DNA from: a virus
Length of the DNA: 39,663 nt
Strand: one strand, 5' to 3'
Virus record (IMG/VR): IMGVR_UViG_3300045988_057690
Span: 1-39,663 of that record
Below are positions 1 to 9,211 of this stretch, one piece after another. The translations under genes and the position numbers were made by a program. The notes under the pieces are model-generated. The model did not search any database, was not told the origin of the DNA, and saw only the letters and a program-made list of their open reading frames with translations. Positions within the stretch are counted from its first letter, which is position 1, and each line of letters starts with the position of its first letter.

Positions 1-55
1 TCTAAGTATACCACGCATTGCGTGGTAAGTCAAGGGGGGTTGTAAAAAAATCTGA
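1..55. repeat. Terminal 55-nt identity with 39609-39663 (circular closure)
   Basis: Exact match read from the sequence: tctaagtataccacgcattgcgtggtaagtcaaggggggttgtaaaaaaatctga. Confidence 0.95.
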
Positions 56-229
56 CGTAAAATTGACGTGGCGGCGGGGTGGAAATGGGGTAGACTGGTA
101 ACAGATGGAGGTGGTGGAGGATGGTGCCGGATGATACGGCGTTTTGCACAAAAACGGGGCGCGAAGCAGGGTGAAAAAGGCTGCCAGAACCGCCAAAATT
201 GTAGCAGTTACCAAAAAATGATAAACGCA

Positions 230-258
230 TTGAAATTGGTAAAAATGATATGTAAAAT
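230..258 (+). promoter_or_regulatory. Candidate sigma-A type promoter upstream of the ParB-like gene
   Basis: TTGAAA (230-235), 17-nt spacer, TAAAAT (253-258). Confidence 0.4.
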
Positions 259-332
259 GGAGATAAGACGTTAGATATGACAGAAAGGACGGAAAATAGC
301 TGAGGAAAGGCATCAAATGGAGTTGAAAATAC

Positions 333-914
333 ATGAAGGTAACAGACAAACAACTGGACGCACTTGTGCCGTATGCCGCAAACGCAAAAAAGCACGATAA
401 GCGGCAAATCAACAATGTGGCCGAAAGCATTAAACAGTACGGGTTCGTGCAGCCGATTGTAATTGATCGTGACGGCGTGATCGTAATCGGACACTGCCGC
501 GCTCTGGCGGCAAAGAAGCTGGGCATGGAAGAAGTACCCTGCGTGTGTGTGGACGATCTGACACCGGAGCAGGTGAACGCCCTGCGGCTGGTGGATAACA
601 AAAGTGCGGAAGATGGCGCATCATGGGATTTTGACCTTTTAGCGGGCGAACTGCCTGGCCTTGACCTTTCGGCGTTTGATTTTGACTTAGATATCGAGGA
701 TGAGGACGATTACGGCGTTGACTTTTCTTTGCCAGATGGCAACAAGCCAGAAATTTGTCAGATGACATTCACCCTCCACACCAAACAAAAAGAACTAATT
801 GAATATGCAATGTCGTGTGTGGAAGATGAAATAACCGAAACATTCGGAAACACCAATAAAAACGGTAACGCATTGCATGAGGTGATACGGCAATGGGCAA
901 CGCAAAAAACCTGA
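333..914 (+). CDS. ParB N-terminal (ParB/Srx-fold, nuclease-like) domain protein with acidic C-terminal half
   Basis: 193 aa. Motifs LVPYAANAKKHD...YGFVQPIVIDRDGVIVIGHCRALAAKKLG are typical of the ParB N-terminal domain. Confidence 0.7.
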   Translation: MKVTDKQLDALVPYAANAKKHDKRQINNVAESIKQYGFVQPIVIDRDGVIVIGHCRALAAKKLGMEEVPCVCVDDLTPEQVNALRLVDNKSAEDGASWDFDLLAGELPGLDLSAFDFDLDIEDEDDYGVDFSLPDGNKPEICQMTFTLHTKQKELIEYAMSCVEDEITETFGNTNKNGNALHEVIRQWATQKT

Positions 915-1624
915 TTGTAAAAGTTATCCCGAGCAAGGTTGCCGTTCCATTTGTGAAAACGCACCATTACAGCGGTAAGGTCGTGAACAACAGCAATCTG
1001 CATTTTGGTGTATTTTACGAGGGACGGCTTCACGGGGTCATGTCCTTTGGCCCGTCACTGGATAAGTCTAAAATCCAAGGGCTTGTCGATGGGACGGGAT
1101 GGAACGAATTCATCGAACTAAACCGCATGGCGTTTGACGATGTTTTGCCGCGCAATAGCGAGAGCAGAGCGATTGCGATTGCAATGAAGCTAATCCGAAA
1201 GAACGCTCCACAAATCAAATGGGTCATTTCGTTTGCGGATGGGTGTTCGTGCGGAGACGGGACGATATACCGAGCGAGCGGTTTTGTTTTGACGGCAATC
1301 AAGCCTAACGGTAATCTGGTGCAACTCCCAGACGGCGAGAAAATACACAAGATGACCCTCGAAAGTAATCCAACATCCCCACGAAAGGAACTTGGCGGAA
1401 AAAGCTATTACGATATAACCGGCGGAAACTTCAATTTCAAAAAATATGTGACTTATGTTGGTGGCGAGATTTTGACCGGATACCAACTCCGGTATATCTA
1501 TTTTATTGACCCGTCATATAAAGAGCGGCTTACTGTCCCCGTCATTCCGTTTTCCAAAATTGACGAAATTGGAGCGGGAATGTATAAAGGCGAAAAGGTA
1601 ACGCAAGCAGAAAGGCACCAGTGA
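893..1624 (+). CDS. GNAT-fold, Mom-like putative DNA-modification acyltransferase
   Basis: 243 aa. The pattern VPFVKTHHYSGK...NSESRAIAIA...GDGTIYRASGFVL resembles proteins annotated as the Mom family; this is recalled, not searched. GAGGTGA RBS. Overlaps the ParB-like gene by 22 nt. Confidence 0.5.
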   Translation: MGNAKNLIVKVIPSKVAVPFVKTHHYSGKVVNNSNLHFGVFYEGRLHGVMSFGPSLDKSKIQGLVDGTGWNEFIELNRMAFDDVLPRNSESRAIAIAMKLIRKNAPQIKWVISFADGCSCGDGTIYRASGFVLTAIKPNGNLVQLPDGEKIHKMTLESNPTSPRKELGGKSYYDITGGNFNFKKYVTYVGGEILTGYQLRYIYFIDPSYKERLTVPVIPFSKIDEIGAGMYKGEKVTQAERHQ

Positions 1625-1635
1625 CACGGCAATAT

Positions 1636-1710
1636 GCGGCGGTAGTTTAACGGCAGAACGTTCCGCACCCTGCGGAAAAATGGCGGTTCGATTCCGACCT
1701 CGCTGCTCCA
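1636..1710 (+). tRNA. tRNA-like element, nominal anticodon CCC (Gly), non-canonical
   Basis: Acceptor stem GCGGCGG/TCGCTGC (two G-U pairs) followed by T then CCA. D arm GTTT/GAAC. Anticodon stem TTCCG/CGGAA with loop CACCCTG (A, not U, at position 33). T arm GGCGG-TTCGATT-CCGAC(C) needs a bulged A. Confidence 0.5.
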
Positions 1711-1748
1711 AAACGCCGTGTGCTAGGTACGAAGAAAGGAGGGTGTAT

Positions 1749-2075
1749 ATGGCGAGGCCACGAAAAGAGATAGATCGAAAGCAGTTTGAAATGCTGTGCG
1801 CCCTACAATGCACCCTCCTGGAGATATGCGATGCTCTTGATGTGACGGATAAAACCTTAGACAGATGGTGCAAACGTACCTACGGTGAACGTTTCTCCGA
1901 AGTATTCGCAAAAAAAAGAGGCAAAGGTAAAATTTCTCTCCGGCGAATGCAGTGGCAGCTTGCAGAAAAGAACGCAACTATGGCAATCTGGCTCGGGAAA
2001 CAGTACCTCGACCAAAAGGATACTGTTGAGCAGAACATCAATACAGAGGGCGTTAAGGTGATAATAGATGTCTGA
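1749..2075 (+). CDS. terS: Terminase small subunit
   Basis: GAAAGGAGGG RBS before ATG 1749. HTH-like N-terminus and KGKISLRRMQWQLAEKNATMAIWLGKQYL motif. Sits immediately upstream of TerL. Confidence 0.75.
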   Translation: MARPRKEIDRKQFEMLCALQCTLLEICDALDVTDKTLDRWCKRTYGERFSEVFAKKRGKGKISLRRMQWQLAEKNATMAIWLGKQYLDQKDTVEQNINTEGVKVIIDV

Positions 2076-3312
2076 CATTCATCTGTCGGAAAAGATAGGT
2101 TCCGCATTTTACGGTGTGGCCCATGATGTTTTTACCCACGGGCACACGCACTACGATTTTAGCGGTGGCCGTGGGTCACTCAAATCCTCCACGGTGTCTA
2201 TCCTGGTCCCCCTGCTGTTGATGCAGCGGGAGAATAAGGACTGCCATGCGCTGGTGCTGCGCAAGGTGGGCAACACGATCCGCGACAGCGTATATGCGCA
2301 GTACATCTGGGCAATCGGTGAGCTAGGCGCTGCGGATTATTGGGAGGCAAAGGTGGCCCCCATGGAGTTGATCTATAAGCCCACCGGCCAAAAAATCATG
2401 TTTCGGGGCGCGGATGACCCGATGAAGATAAAGTCTATCAAGGTGCCGTTTGGCTATATCGCCGTGACGCACTTTGAAGAGAAAGACCAGTTTGCCGGTC
2501 GCGCGGAAATCCGAACCATTTTACAGTCCACCATGCGCGGCGGCTCGGTGTTCTGGAACTTTGAGAGCTATAACCCGCCGATCTCCCGCGACAACTGGGC
2601 CAATAAGGACAGCCTGGAGGAACGCGCCGACCGCATGTGCCACAAGTCCACATATCTGGAGGCCCCGCCCGAGTGGCTGGGTCAGCAGTTTTTGGATGAG
2701 GCGGAACACCTGAAGGAGACGGACGAACGGGCTTATCAGCACGAATACCTTGGAATCCCGGTGGGAACCGGCGGCAATGTGTTTGGCAACCTGGAGCTGC
2801 GCAACATCACAGATGAGGAGATAGCGCATTTCGACAAGCTCTATCAGGGGGTGGATTGGGGCTGGTTCCCGGATCCCTTTGCTTTTATCCGACTGTATTA
2901 TGATCGCAGCCGGGAAAAGATATACCTGATAGATGAGATATGCCAAAACAAGCTGACAAACGAGGACAGCGGGCGTATCATCGCCCAGCGTGGCTATAAG
3001 GACACCCGCATCATCTGCGACAGCGCAGAGCCTAAGAGCGTGGCGGACTACAGGGCCATGGGCCTCCCTGCACAAGAGGCCATCAAGGGGCCGGGGTCCG
3101 TGGAATACGGGATGAAGTGGCTCCAGCGGAGGAAGATCGTCATTGATCGCCGCCGGACCCCGAACGCATATAACGAGTTTGTAGGCTATGAGTATGAGCG
3201 GAACAAGGACGGCGACATTATCAGCGGATACCCAGACGCGAACAACCACCTGATTGACGCGACGCGGTACGCTCTGGAGCCTGTCTCCCGCCGGATGGGA
3301 GTTATTGCATGA
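2068..3312 (+). CDS. terL: Terminase large subunit (PBSX/Terminase_3-like)
   Basis: 414 aa. Walker-like region GGRGSLKSS and a C-terminal nuclease region (ICDSAEPKS...NHLIDATRYAL). Confidence 0.9.
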   Translation: MSDIHLSEKIGSAFYGVAHDVFTHGHTHYDFSGGRGSLKSSTVSILVPLLLMQRENKDCHALVLRKVGNTIRDSVYAQYIWAIGELGAADYWEAKVAPMELIYKPTGQKIMFRGADDPMKIKSIKVPFGYIAVTHFEEKDQFAGRAEIRTILQSTMRGGSVFWNFESYNPPISRDNWANKDSLEERADRMCHKSTYLEAPPEWLGQQFLDEAEHLKETDERAYQHEYLGIPVGTGGNVFGNLELRNITDEEIAHFDKLYQGVDWGWFPDPFAFIRLYYDRSREKIYLIDEICQNKLTNEDSGRIIAQRGYKDTRIICDSAEPKSVADYRAMGLPAQEAIKGPGSVEYGMKWLQRRKIVIDRRRTPNAYNEFVGYEYERNKDGDIISGYPDANNHLIDATRYALEPVSRRMGVIA

Positions 3313-4739
3313 GCAACGAGGTTATTGTAAAACTCAATGAGCTGGGCTATACCACCATTCCGGGGGAGTTTTACGGCAAGGTGGTCGATTGGAAAAGCTG
3401 GTATCAGGGAGACGTGAAGGGGTTCCACCGGTATAAGCGCTACAACGGCAACGACTGGGTGGACTGTGAGCGCGTGTCCCTGGGCATGGGCAAGAAAGTC
3501 TGCGAGGACTGGGCCAACCTCTTGATGAACGAGAAGGTGCAGATCACCCTGGAGGGCGAACAGGAACAGGCGTTTGTGGATCGCGTCCTCGAAGAGAACA
3601 ATTTTGCTGTGAAAGCCAATGAGATGCAGGAGATGAAGTCCGCCCTGGGTACTGTGGCCTACGTCCCCCGCGTGGTGGGGCAGGAAGTCAGCGAGGGCGG
3701 GGAAATCATCCCCGGAAACGCCTCCAGCATCATGATCGACTACGTTACCATCGAGCACATTTACCCCTTGGCGTGGCAAAATGGCTGCATCACGGAGTGC
3801 GCCTTTGCCTCCGTGGTGAAGCGTGGGGAGCACGAATACCTGTACCTACAAATCCACCGCAAGGAGGATAATGGGAACTACCTGATCGAGAATCGAATCT
3901 ACCGCTATGATAACGAGCATCTGGCGGATGAGGTGCTGGTGAACGTCGAGGGATTTGAGAAAATCCCCCCCGTGCTGCATACCGACAGCAATAAGCGGCA
4001 GTTTGTGATTGATCGCCCCAACATCGCCAACAACATCAACTATTTGCTCCCGGTGGGTGTGTCGGTGTTGGCGAATGCCATCGGGGCGCTCCAGGGCGTG
4101 GACAAGGCGTTTAACTGCTATGTCAATGAGTTTGATAACGGCGCTCTGCTGCTGGCCGTCAAAATGCCCGCCACCAAATACGACGATGGAAAGCCGACGC
4201 TGGATAGTCACGATGGGCGGTTTTACTTGCTGCCTGAGGATACGACGCAGGGCAGCGTCGTGGACGCGATTTCCCCCCAGCTGCGCACCAATGAGCTTAA
4301 TATCGGCCTCCAGGACCAGCTTAACCTGCTGTCCAGCAAGTGCGGGTTCGGGGAGACTTATTACCGATTCGACGGCTCCTCTGTGGCGACGGCGACACAG
4401 GTGATCTCGGAGAACTCCAGCATGTTCCGCACCATAAAAAAGCACGAGATCATCCTGGAGCAGGCCTTGAAGGAGCTTTGCCGGATTATCCTCCGCCTGG
4501 GCAACACGGCGATGGGGGCTGAACTTAACGAGGACGTGGAGATCAGTATTGACTTTGATGATAGCATTATCGAGGATAAGCAAACGGACTTCACCCGCGA
4601 CCTCCAACTGCTGAATGCCAACATCATGAACGACTGGGAATTCAGGGCAAAGTGGATGAACGAGGATGAAGCGACCGCAAAGGCTGCGCTGCCAAAGATG
4701 CAGGACATGGTGGACGAGGAACAGTCGGAGGTGGAGTGA
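3309..4739 (+). CDS. Portal protein (SPP1 gp6-like)
   Basis: 476 aa, follows TerL with an ATGA overlap, acidic C-terminus. Confidence 0.85.
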   Translation: MSNEVIVKLNELGYTTIPGEFYGKVVDWKSWYQGDVKGFHRYKRYNGNDWVDCERVSLGMGKKVCEDWANLLMNEKVQITLEGEQEQAFVDRVLEENNFAVKANEMQEMKSALGTVAYVPRVVGQEVSEGGEIIPGNASSIMIDYVTIEHIYPLAWQNGCITECAFASVVKRGEHEYLYLQIHRKEDNGNYLIENRIYRYDNEHLADEVLVNVEGFEKIPPVLHTDSNKRQFVIDRPNIANNINYLLPVGVSVLANAIGALQGVDKAFNCYVNEFDNGALLLAVKMPATKYDDGKPTLDSHDGRFYLLPEDTTQGSVVDAISPQLRTNELNIGLQDQLNLLSSKCGFGETYYRFDGSSVATATQVISENSSMFRTIKKHEIILEQALKELCRIILRLGNTAMGAELNEDVEISIDFDDSIIEDKQTDFTRDLQLLNANIMNDWEFRAKWMNEDEATAKAALPKMQDMVDEEQSEVE

Positions 4740-4999
4740 TGAAGACGAGGACAATCGAAGTAAACACATACGAAGTCGGAGACATCCTTGATGTCCGGGC
4801 GCTGAAAGCGCAGCACATGAAGCCCGCATTGACCACGGCGAAAAAGTGCCTTTTGCTTAATTGCCGTTGCATCAGAGGCGGCCTGTTTTCGTATGAGGTC
4901 CTAACGAACGAAATGAAAAAAGCCTCCATTACGCCGGAAGAATTGGGCGGAGAAAAGTATATTGGGAGTATCAGCCTGAGCGAGTTGGTGGATGAGTGA
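4736..4999 (+). CDS. Hypothetical protein
   Basis: 87 aa. Translationally coupled on both sides (ATGA and GTGA overlaps). Confidence 0.5.
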   Translation: MMKTRTIEVNTYEVGDILDVRALKAQHMKPALTTAKKCLLLNCRCIRGGLFSYEVLTNEMKKASITPEELGGEKYIGSISLSELVDE

Positions 5000-6174
5000 A
5001 ATACCCATTTACTCCCGAGATCCTCGACGCTCTCCCCGAAGAGCTTGCGGACCTCTACCGCAATCTGGAGGATACCTTGTTGATAGAGATATGCTCCAGG
5101 CTCAAAGCCAAAGACCAGCTTAACGAAGTGACGGTGCAGGATATCCGGGCGCTGCGCTCCCACGGCATCCCTCTGAAGGATATCGAAAGGGCCATCCGCA
5201 AGGCCACCGGCATCAGTGAGAAAAAGCTGAAGGAGCTGCTGGACGATGTGGTGGAGCGAAACCAGCAATACTATACCGGCATCATCGACCTGGCCCACAT
5301 CACCCAGCCCGAAACCCTTTTGAGCATCGAGGACACCTGGGCCATCTATGAGCAGACCCGGCAGGAAATGCGCAACATCACCCGTTCCATGGGCTTTTTG
5401 GTGGACGGCGGGCGGACGATGCTCCACCCGGCGAAAGCGTACCAGTGGGCACTTGATAACGCGGAGATGCAGGTGCAGAGTGGGGCCATCAGTTACAACC
5501 AGGCTATCCGGTCAGCGGTGCGGCAGCTTGCCCAAAGCGGCCTGAAAATCGTCGATTATGAGAGCGGGCACCGCGATCAGATCGACGTGGCCGCCCGCCG
5601 GGCTGTCATGACAGGGGTATCTCAGCTCTGTGCAAAGTACACGGAGCAATCCGCCGAATACCTCAATACCCCGTATTTTGAGGTCTCCGCCCACGCTGGG
5701 GCGCGGGATAAGCCTGGAAAGTCCCCATGGTCCTCCCACAAGGCATGGCAGGGACGTGTGTACTCCGTCAGGGCCGGCGACATCTATCCCAACATCTACG
5801 ACGTGTGCGGCCTGGGGGCTGTTGACGGGCTGGAGGGGGCCAACTGCCGCCACCGGCGCTATCCATGGGTAGAGGGCGTGATGGAGCGCACCTATACCGA
5901 TGAACAACTGGCCCACATCGACGATGGGGTGGGCTGCACCTACGACGGCAAGAGCTATACGGCCTATGAGGCCACGCAAATGCAGCGCCGCGTGGAGCGA
6001 CAAATCCGGGCGGTGAAGCGCCTGAAAATCAGCAATAAGGCTTCTGGGTTGAATGATGAGGCGCGGGCCGCAAACATCAAACTGCGCCGCCTGAACGTCA
6101 AATACAGGGAGTTTAGCGCAGCGGCAGGGTTGACGCCGCAGTGGGAGAGAACGAAGGTGGAGTATGAGAGTTAA
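4996..6174 (+). CDS. Minor head / head-morphogenesis protein (SPP1 gp7 / Mu F-like)
   Basis: 392 aa. Lies after the portal gene. Conserved C-terminal region ANCRHRRYPW. Confidence 0.75.
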   Translation: MKYPFTPEILDALPEELADLYRNLEDTLLIEICSRLKAKDQLNEVTVQDIRALRSHGIPLKDIERAIRKATGISEKKLKELLDDVVERNQQYYTGIIDLAHITQPETLLSIEDTWAIYEQTRQEMRNITRSMGFLVDGGRTMLHPAKAYQWALDNAEMQVQSGAISYNQAIRSAVRQLAQSGLKIVDYESGHRDQIDVAARRAVMTGVSQLCAKYTEQSAEYLNTPYFEVSAHAGARDKPGKSPWSSHKAWQGRVYSVRAGDIYPNIYDVCGLGAVDGLEGANCRHRRYPWVEGVMERTYTDEQLAHIDDGVGCTYDGKSYTAYEATQMQRRVERQIRAVKRLKISNKASGLNDEARAANIKLRRLNVKYREFSAAAGLTPQWERTKVEYES

Positions 6175-6355
6175 AATCAGGAATTACGAAGGAATCCTGC
6201 TCGAAGCTGAATCCACCATGCATGTATTGCGAGATTTCTGTAGCGAGATGGTACGAGAAATTACATATCGAGTTGTGATTTTGTGTGATGATAGCGCAAA
6301 AATCGAGCTTGACGGCGTACCCCCCATTGAAATTGAGGTTATCAATGGACCATGA
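6164..6355 (+). CDS. Hypothetical small protein
   Basis: 63 aa ORF that overlaps its neighbours. Confidence 0.4.
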   Translation: MRVKIRNYEGILLEAESTMHVLRDFCSEMVREITYRVVILCDDSAKIELDGVPPIEIEVINGP

Positions 6356-6539
6356 TGAGATTTTACAGGCTATCGAGGCCATCCTGAAGCGCGGCAATGA
6401 CGCTGAGATCAGACGGAAAGGCGACGGCGTAGTGGTTCTGGAAGTCCAGAAAAAGATCAAATATAACTCAAACGAGCAGTCGCCTGGCGGCGGGGTCGGT
6501 TACGGTCCCGGCCAGTTTACGGTATATCGAGAATATTAA
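6345..6539 (+). CDS. Hypothetical small protein
   Basis: Internal ATG at 6345 (MDHDEILQAIE...), 64 aa. Confidence 0.45.
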   Translation: MDHDEILQAIEAILKRGNDAEIRRKGDGVVVLEVQKKIKYNSNEQSPGGGVGYGPGQFTVYREY

Positions 6540-6573
6540 CCTCTGTGCAATCGGGCACGGGGAAGGGCAATGA

Positions 6574-6621
6574 GAGCCAAACGATACGCAGATTTTGCGT
6601 GTTGTTTGGCTCTTTTCTTTT
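6574..6621 (+). terminator. Rho-independent terminator
   Basis: GAGCCAAAC ... GTTTGGCTC stem with an inner ACGCA/TGCGT stem, followed by TTTTCTTTT. Confidence 0.75.
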
Positions 6622-6740
6622 CGGTAAAACCTGCGAATTTCCGCAGATTTTATAAAAATTTGGCTATCTGCAAGCCTAAAAGTGCAGGCGGGAGGGTCAC
6701 GGCGACGACCTAAAAAGCCTATCCCGTAAGGAGAGACAAC

Positions 6741-7310
6741 ATGAAGAAGGAAGAGCTGCTGAGTCTCGGCCTGACGGAAGAGCAGGCGGACAAGGTCATC
6801 GTCATGAACGGTTTGAGCATCGAAAACCTCAGAAAGGCTGCTGAGAACGCGAAAGCGGACAAGAAAGCCCTGGAGGAACAGGTGAAGGACCGCAATAAGG
6901 ACATCGAAGACCTGAAAGCAAAGGTAAAGGCTGACGTGGATGCTGACGCTATCCGAAAGCAGCTGGAGGAGTTGCGGGGCAAGTATGACAAGGAGACTGA
7001 GGCCTATAAAGCCCAGCTTGCCCAGCGTGACTACCAGAGTGCTGTAGACAAGGCCATCGCTGACAGCGGGGTCAAGTTTACGTCAAAATCCGCCGAAAAG
7101 GCTTTCCGGGCTGAAATCAAGCTCGAAATGAAGGACGGCGCACTAGCCGGGTTTGACAAGTACCTGGAACAGGCGAAGTCCAACGACCCGAGCGCCTTTG
7201 TCAAGGCTGGGGGCCGTATCGACACCCAGGGGTCGCTCGAAGGCGGCGCTGGCGGCGATAAGGCACCCACCACTTTGGCGGGCGCTCTGCACGCAAAATA
7301 TGACAAGTGA
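6741..7310 (+). CDS. Head scaffolding protein
   Basis: 189 aa, charged coiled-coil (KADKKALEEQVKDRNKDIEDLKAKV), immediately upstream of the capsid gene. AAGGAGAG RBS. Confidence 0.8.
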   Translation: MKKEELLSLGLTEEQADKVIVMNGLSIENLRKAAENAKADKKALEEQVKDRNKDIEDLKAKVKADVDADAIRKQLEELRGKYDKETEAYKAQLAQRDYQSAVDKAIADSGVKFTSKSAEKAFRAEIKLEMKDGALAGFDKYLEQAKSNDPSAFVKAGGRIDTQGSLEGGAGGDKAPTTLAGALHAKYDK

Positions 7311-7330
7311 AAAAGAAAGGATGAAGTGTA

Positions 7331-8329
7331 ATGCCTATTACCCTTGCTGAAGCAAAGGTCGGTATGGCCGATAAGGTCGACCAGATGATTGTCGACGAGT
7401 TCCGCCGAAGCTCCCTGTTGCTGGACAAACTGGTGTTTGATAACGCCATCTCCCCCGGCACTGGCGGCAGCACCCTGACCTATGGTTATATCCAGCTCAA
7501 GACCCCCTCCACCGCGGCCATCCGTGCCATCAACACCGAGTACACCGCCAACGAGGCAAAGCGCGTCGAGAAGACCGCAAAGGCCATCATCATGGGCGGT
7601 TCCTTCTCCGTTGACCGTGTGCTGCAGAACACCTCCGGTGCTGTTGACGAACTGGCGTTCCAGGCTTCCGAGAAGATCAAGGCCACCCGGAACACCTTCC
7701 ATAATGCCGTCATCAACGGTGCCGCCGCCGCTTCCGGCGCTGGTTATGTGACCAACACCTTTGACGGTCTGCGTAAGCTGCTGGACGGCAGCTCTAACGA
7801 GTTCACTACCGACATTGATCTGTCCGACGCGTCCAAACTGGACAGCAACAGCAACGCCTTTGTCGATCAGCTTGACCAGCTCGTCCACGCTGTGGACGGG
7901 GATGTGACCATGCTGATGATGAACGGCGATATGCTGCTGAAAGTCCGTGCCGCCGCCCGTCGGGCTGGTTACTATGATCGCTCCAAGGATGACTTCGGCC
8001 AGACCGTGGAGACCTTCGCCGGTATCCCCCTAATGGACATGGGCAAGTACTACAACGGTTCCAACTCCGTGGACGTTATCGGCACCTCCACCCCCAGCGC
8101 AAGCGCTGCCGGTACTTCCAGCATCTATGCTGTGAGCATCGGCTTGGACGGCTTCCATGGTATTTCCCCCACCGGCAACAGCGTGATCTCCAGCTACATG
8201 CCCGACATGACCGCTCCCGGGGCCGTCAAAACCGGAGAAGTCGAGCTGGTGGCCGGCGTTGTCCTGAAGAACACCCTGAAAGCCGCCGCCCTGAACGGCA
8301 TCATCCTGAAGCCCAAGGCCGGCGGCTGA
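7331..8329 (+). CDS. Major capsid protein
   Basis: 332 aa. Position after the scaffold gene. Strongly biased codon use. Confidence 0.85.
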   Translation: MPITLAEAKVGMADKVDQMIVDEFRRSSLLLDKLVFDNAISPGTGGSTLTYGYIQLKTPSTAAIRAINTEYTANEAKRVEKTAKAIIMGGSFSVDRVLQNTSGAVDELAFQASEKIKATRNTFHNAVINGAAAASGAGYVTNTFDGLRKLLDGSSNEFTTDIDLSDASKLDSNSNAFVDQLDQLVHAVDGDVTMLMMNGDMLLKVRAAARRAGYYDRSKDDFGQTVETFAGIPLMDMGKYYNGSNSVDVIGTSTPSASAAGTSSIYAVSIGLDGFHGISPTGNSVISSYMPDMTAPGAVKTGEVELVAGVVLKNTLKAAALNGIILKPKAGG

Positions 8330-8348
8330 TAGAGAGGAGCTGACCTGA

Positions 8349-8783
8349 ATGGCGTATGTCGATTATGACTACTACCACAACACCTACATGGGTGCCGTGG
8401 GCGAGGAGGACTTCAAGCGGCTGGCTGTCCGGGCCAGCTCCTACCTCGATTACTACACCATGGGCAAGGCCGCCGCTTCCGCAGACACGGACCCGGTAAA
8501 GATGTGCTGCTGCGCCCTGGTGGATAAGTACGCCATCATAGAGACCGCCCAGGCCCTGGCGACAAAGAGCATTTCCACCGCCGGGGCCTCCGAGGTGAAG
8601 AGCGAAACGGTAGGCGGTTACTCCCGCACCCTTGCCACCGGCGGGGAGAGTGCGAACGCTGCACTCAGTGCCCTGGAGGAGGCCAAAAAGGCCCTCCCTG
8701 GCGTGTGCGTGGAGTATCTGGCCTATACCGGCCTGCTGTATCGGGGGAGGGGGTGCGGCTGTTGTACGCCCCCCACACCGTGA
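8349..8783 (+). CDS. Head-tail connector / head completion protein
   Basis: 144 aa. Position after the capsid gene. Confidence 0.55.
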   Translation: MAYVDYDYYHNTYMGAVGEEDFKRLAVRASSYLDYYTMGKAAASADTDPVKMCCCALVDKYAIIETAQALATKSISTAGASEVKSETVGGYSRTLATGGESANAALSALEEAKKALPGVCVEYLAYTGLLYRGRGCGCCTPPTP

Positions 8784-9211
8784 CCATCTACAACGTCGTG
8801 CGGGAGGTCGACCCTGCGACGCTCGATGAGAGAGAGACAGCCTACATCACCGTGTTACACGGAGTGATGCTCCAGGCTTCCAAGGGCGCAAATGTGCGCA
8901 CCAGCGGCCTGGAGGGTGCCGATGCAGCGGATCTGTTTATACCCTTTGACGTGGAGGCGGTGGACGGAAAGACCGGCGCGACGAAGCAGTACATTGGGCC
9001 GCAAGCGTTCAACGCCGCCGCTGATAAGAGCGGCCTGTGGACCCTCTCCTATAAAGGGGAGGGCGGGGAAACCCTGTTTGTGAAGGGCGAATTTGTTTCA
9101 GACAACCTCGATATCGTCCAGTGGCACGATGATTGCTACACCGTGACTAAAGTCGACGCGAAGGACTTTGGCAGCCCGGATATGCAGCATTTTGAGGTGG
9201 GTGGGGCCTGA
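8753..9211 (+). CDS. Head closure / head-tail adaptor protein
   Basis: GTG 8753 preceded by GGGAGGGGG. The ORF is open from 8705. Function assigned by position. Confidence 0.5.
   Translation: MRLLYAPHTVTIYNVVREVDPATLDERETAYITVLHGVMLQASKGANVRTSGLEGADAADLFIPFDVEAVDGKTGATKQYIGPQAFNAAADKSGLWTLSYKGEGGETLFVKGEFVSDNLDIVQWHDDCYTVTKVDAKDFGSPDMQHFEVGGA

Noticed and set aside
1-55. The terminal repeat considered as a biological direct terminal repeat or cos region
   Set aside because: An exact 55-nt overlap, the same length as a commonly used assembler k-mer, together with a PBSX-type headful terminase, makes an assembly circularisation overlap more likely. It is also the promoter of a gene that spans the junction.
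68-274. A 68-aa ORF in the purine/G-rich stretch upstream of the ParB-like gene
   Set aside because: Low-complexity Gly run, no RBS. The stretch (GGTGG/GATGG repeats at about 60-140) may instead be regulatory or packaging-related, but I could not support a specific call.
1680-1748. An N-terminal extension of the terS ORF that starts at 1680
   Set aside because: It would overlap the tRNA-like element. ATG 1749 has a strong GAAAGGAGGG RBS and begins the conserved HTH region.
3846-4829. A long antisense ORF (327 aa, minus strand) opposite the portal gene. Similar shadow ORFs are 2521-3249(-), 7031-7888(-), 11944-12705(-), 12459-13304(-), 13356-14156(-), 20197-21234(-), 21265-22302(-), 30371-31057(-), 31005-31820(-), 35471-36571(-).
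   Set aside because: These are typical stop-poor reverse frames of GC-rich coding DNA. Their translations are Arg/Ala/His/Pro/Gly-rich and not protein-like, they lack an RBS, and the opposite strand carries recognisable phage genes.
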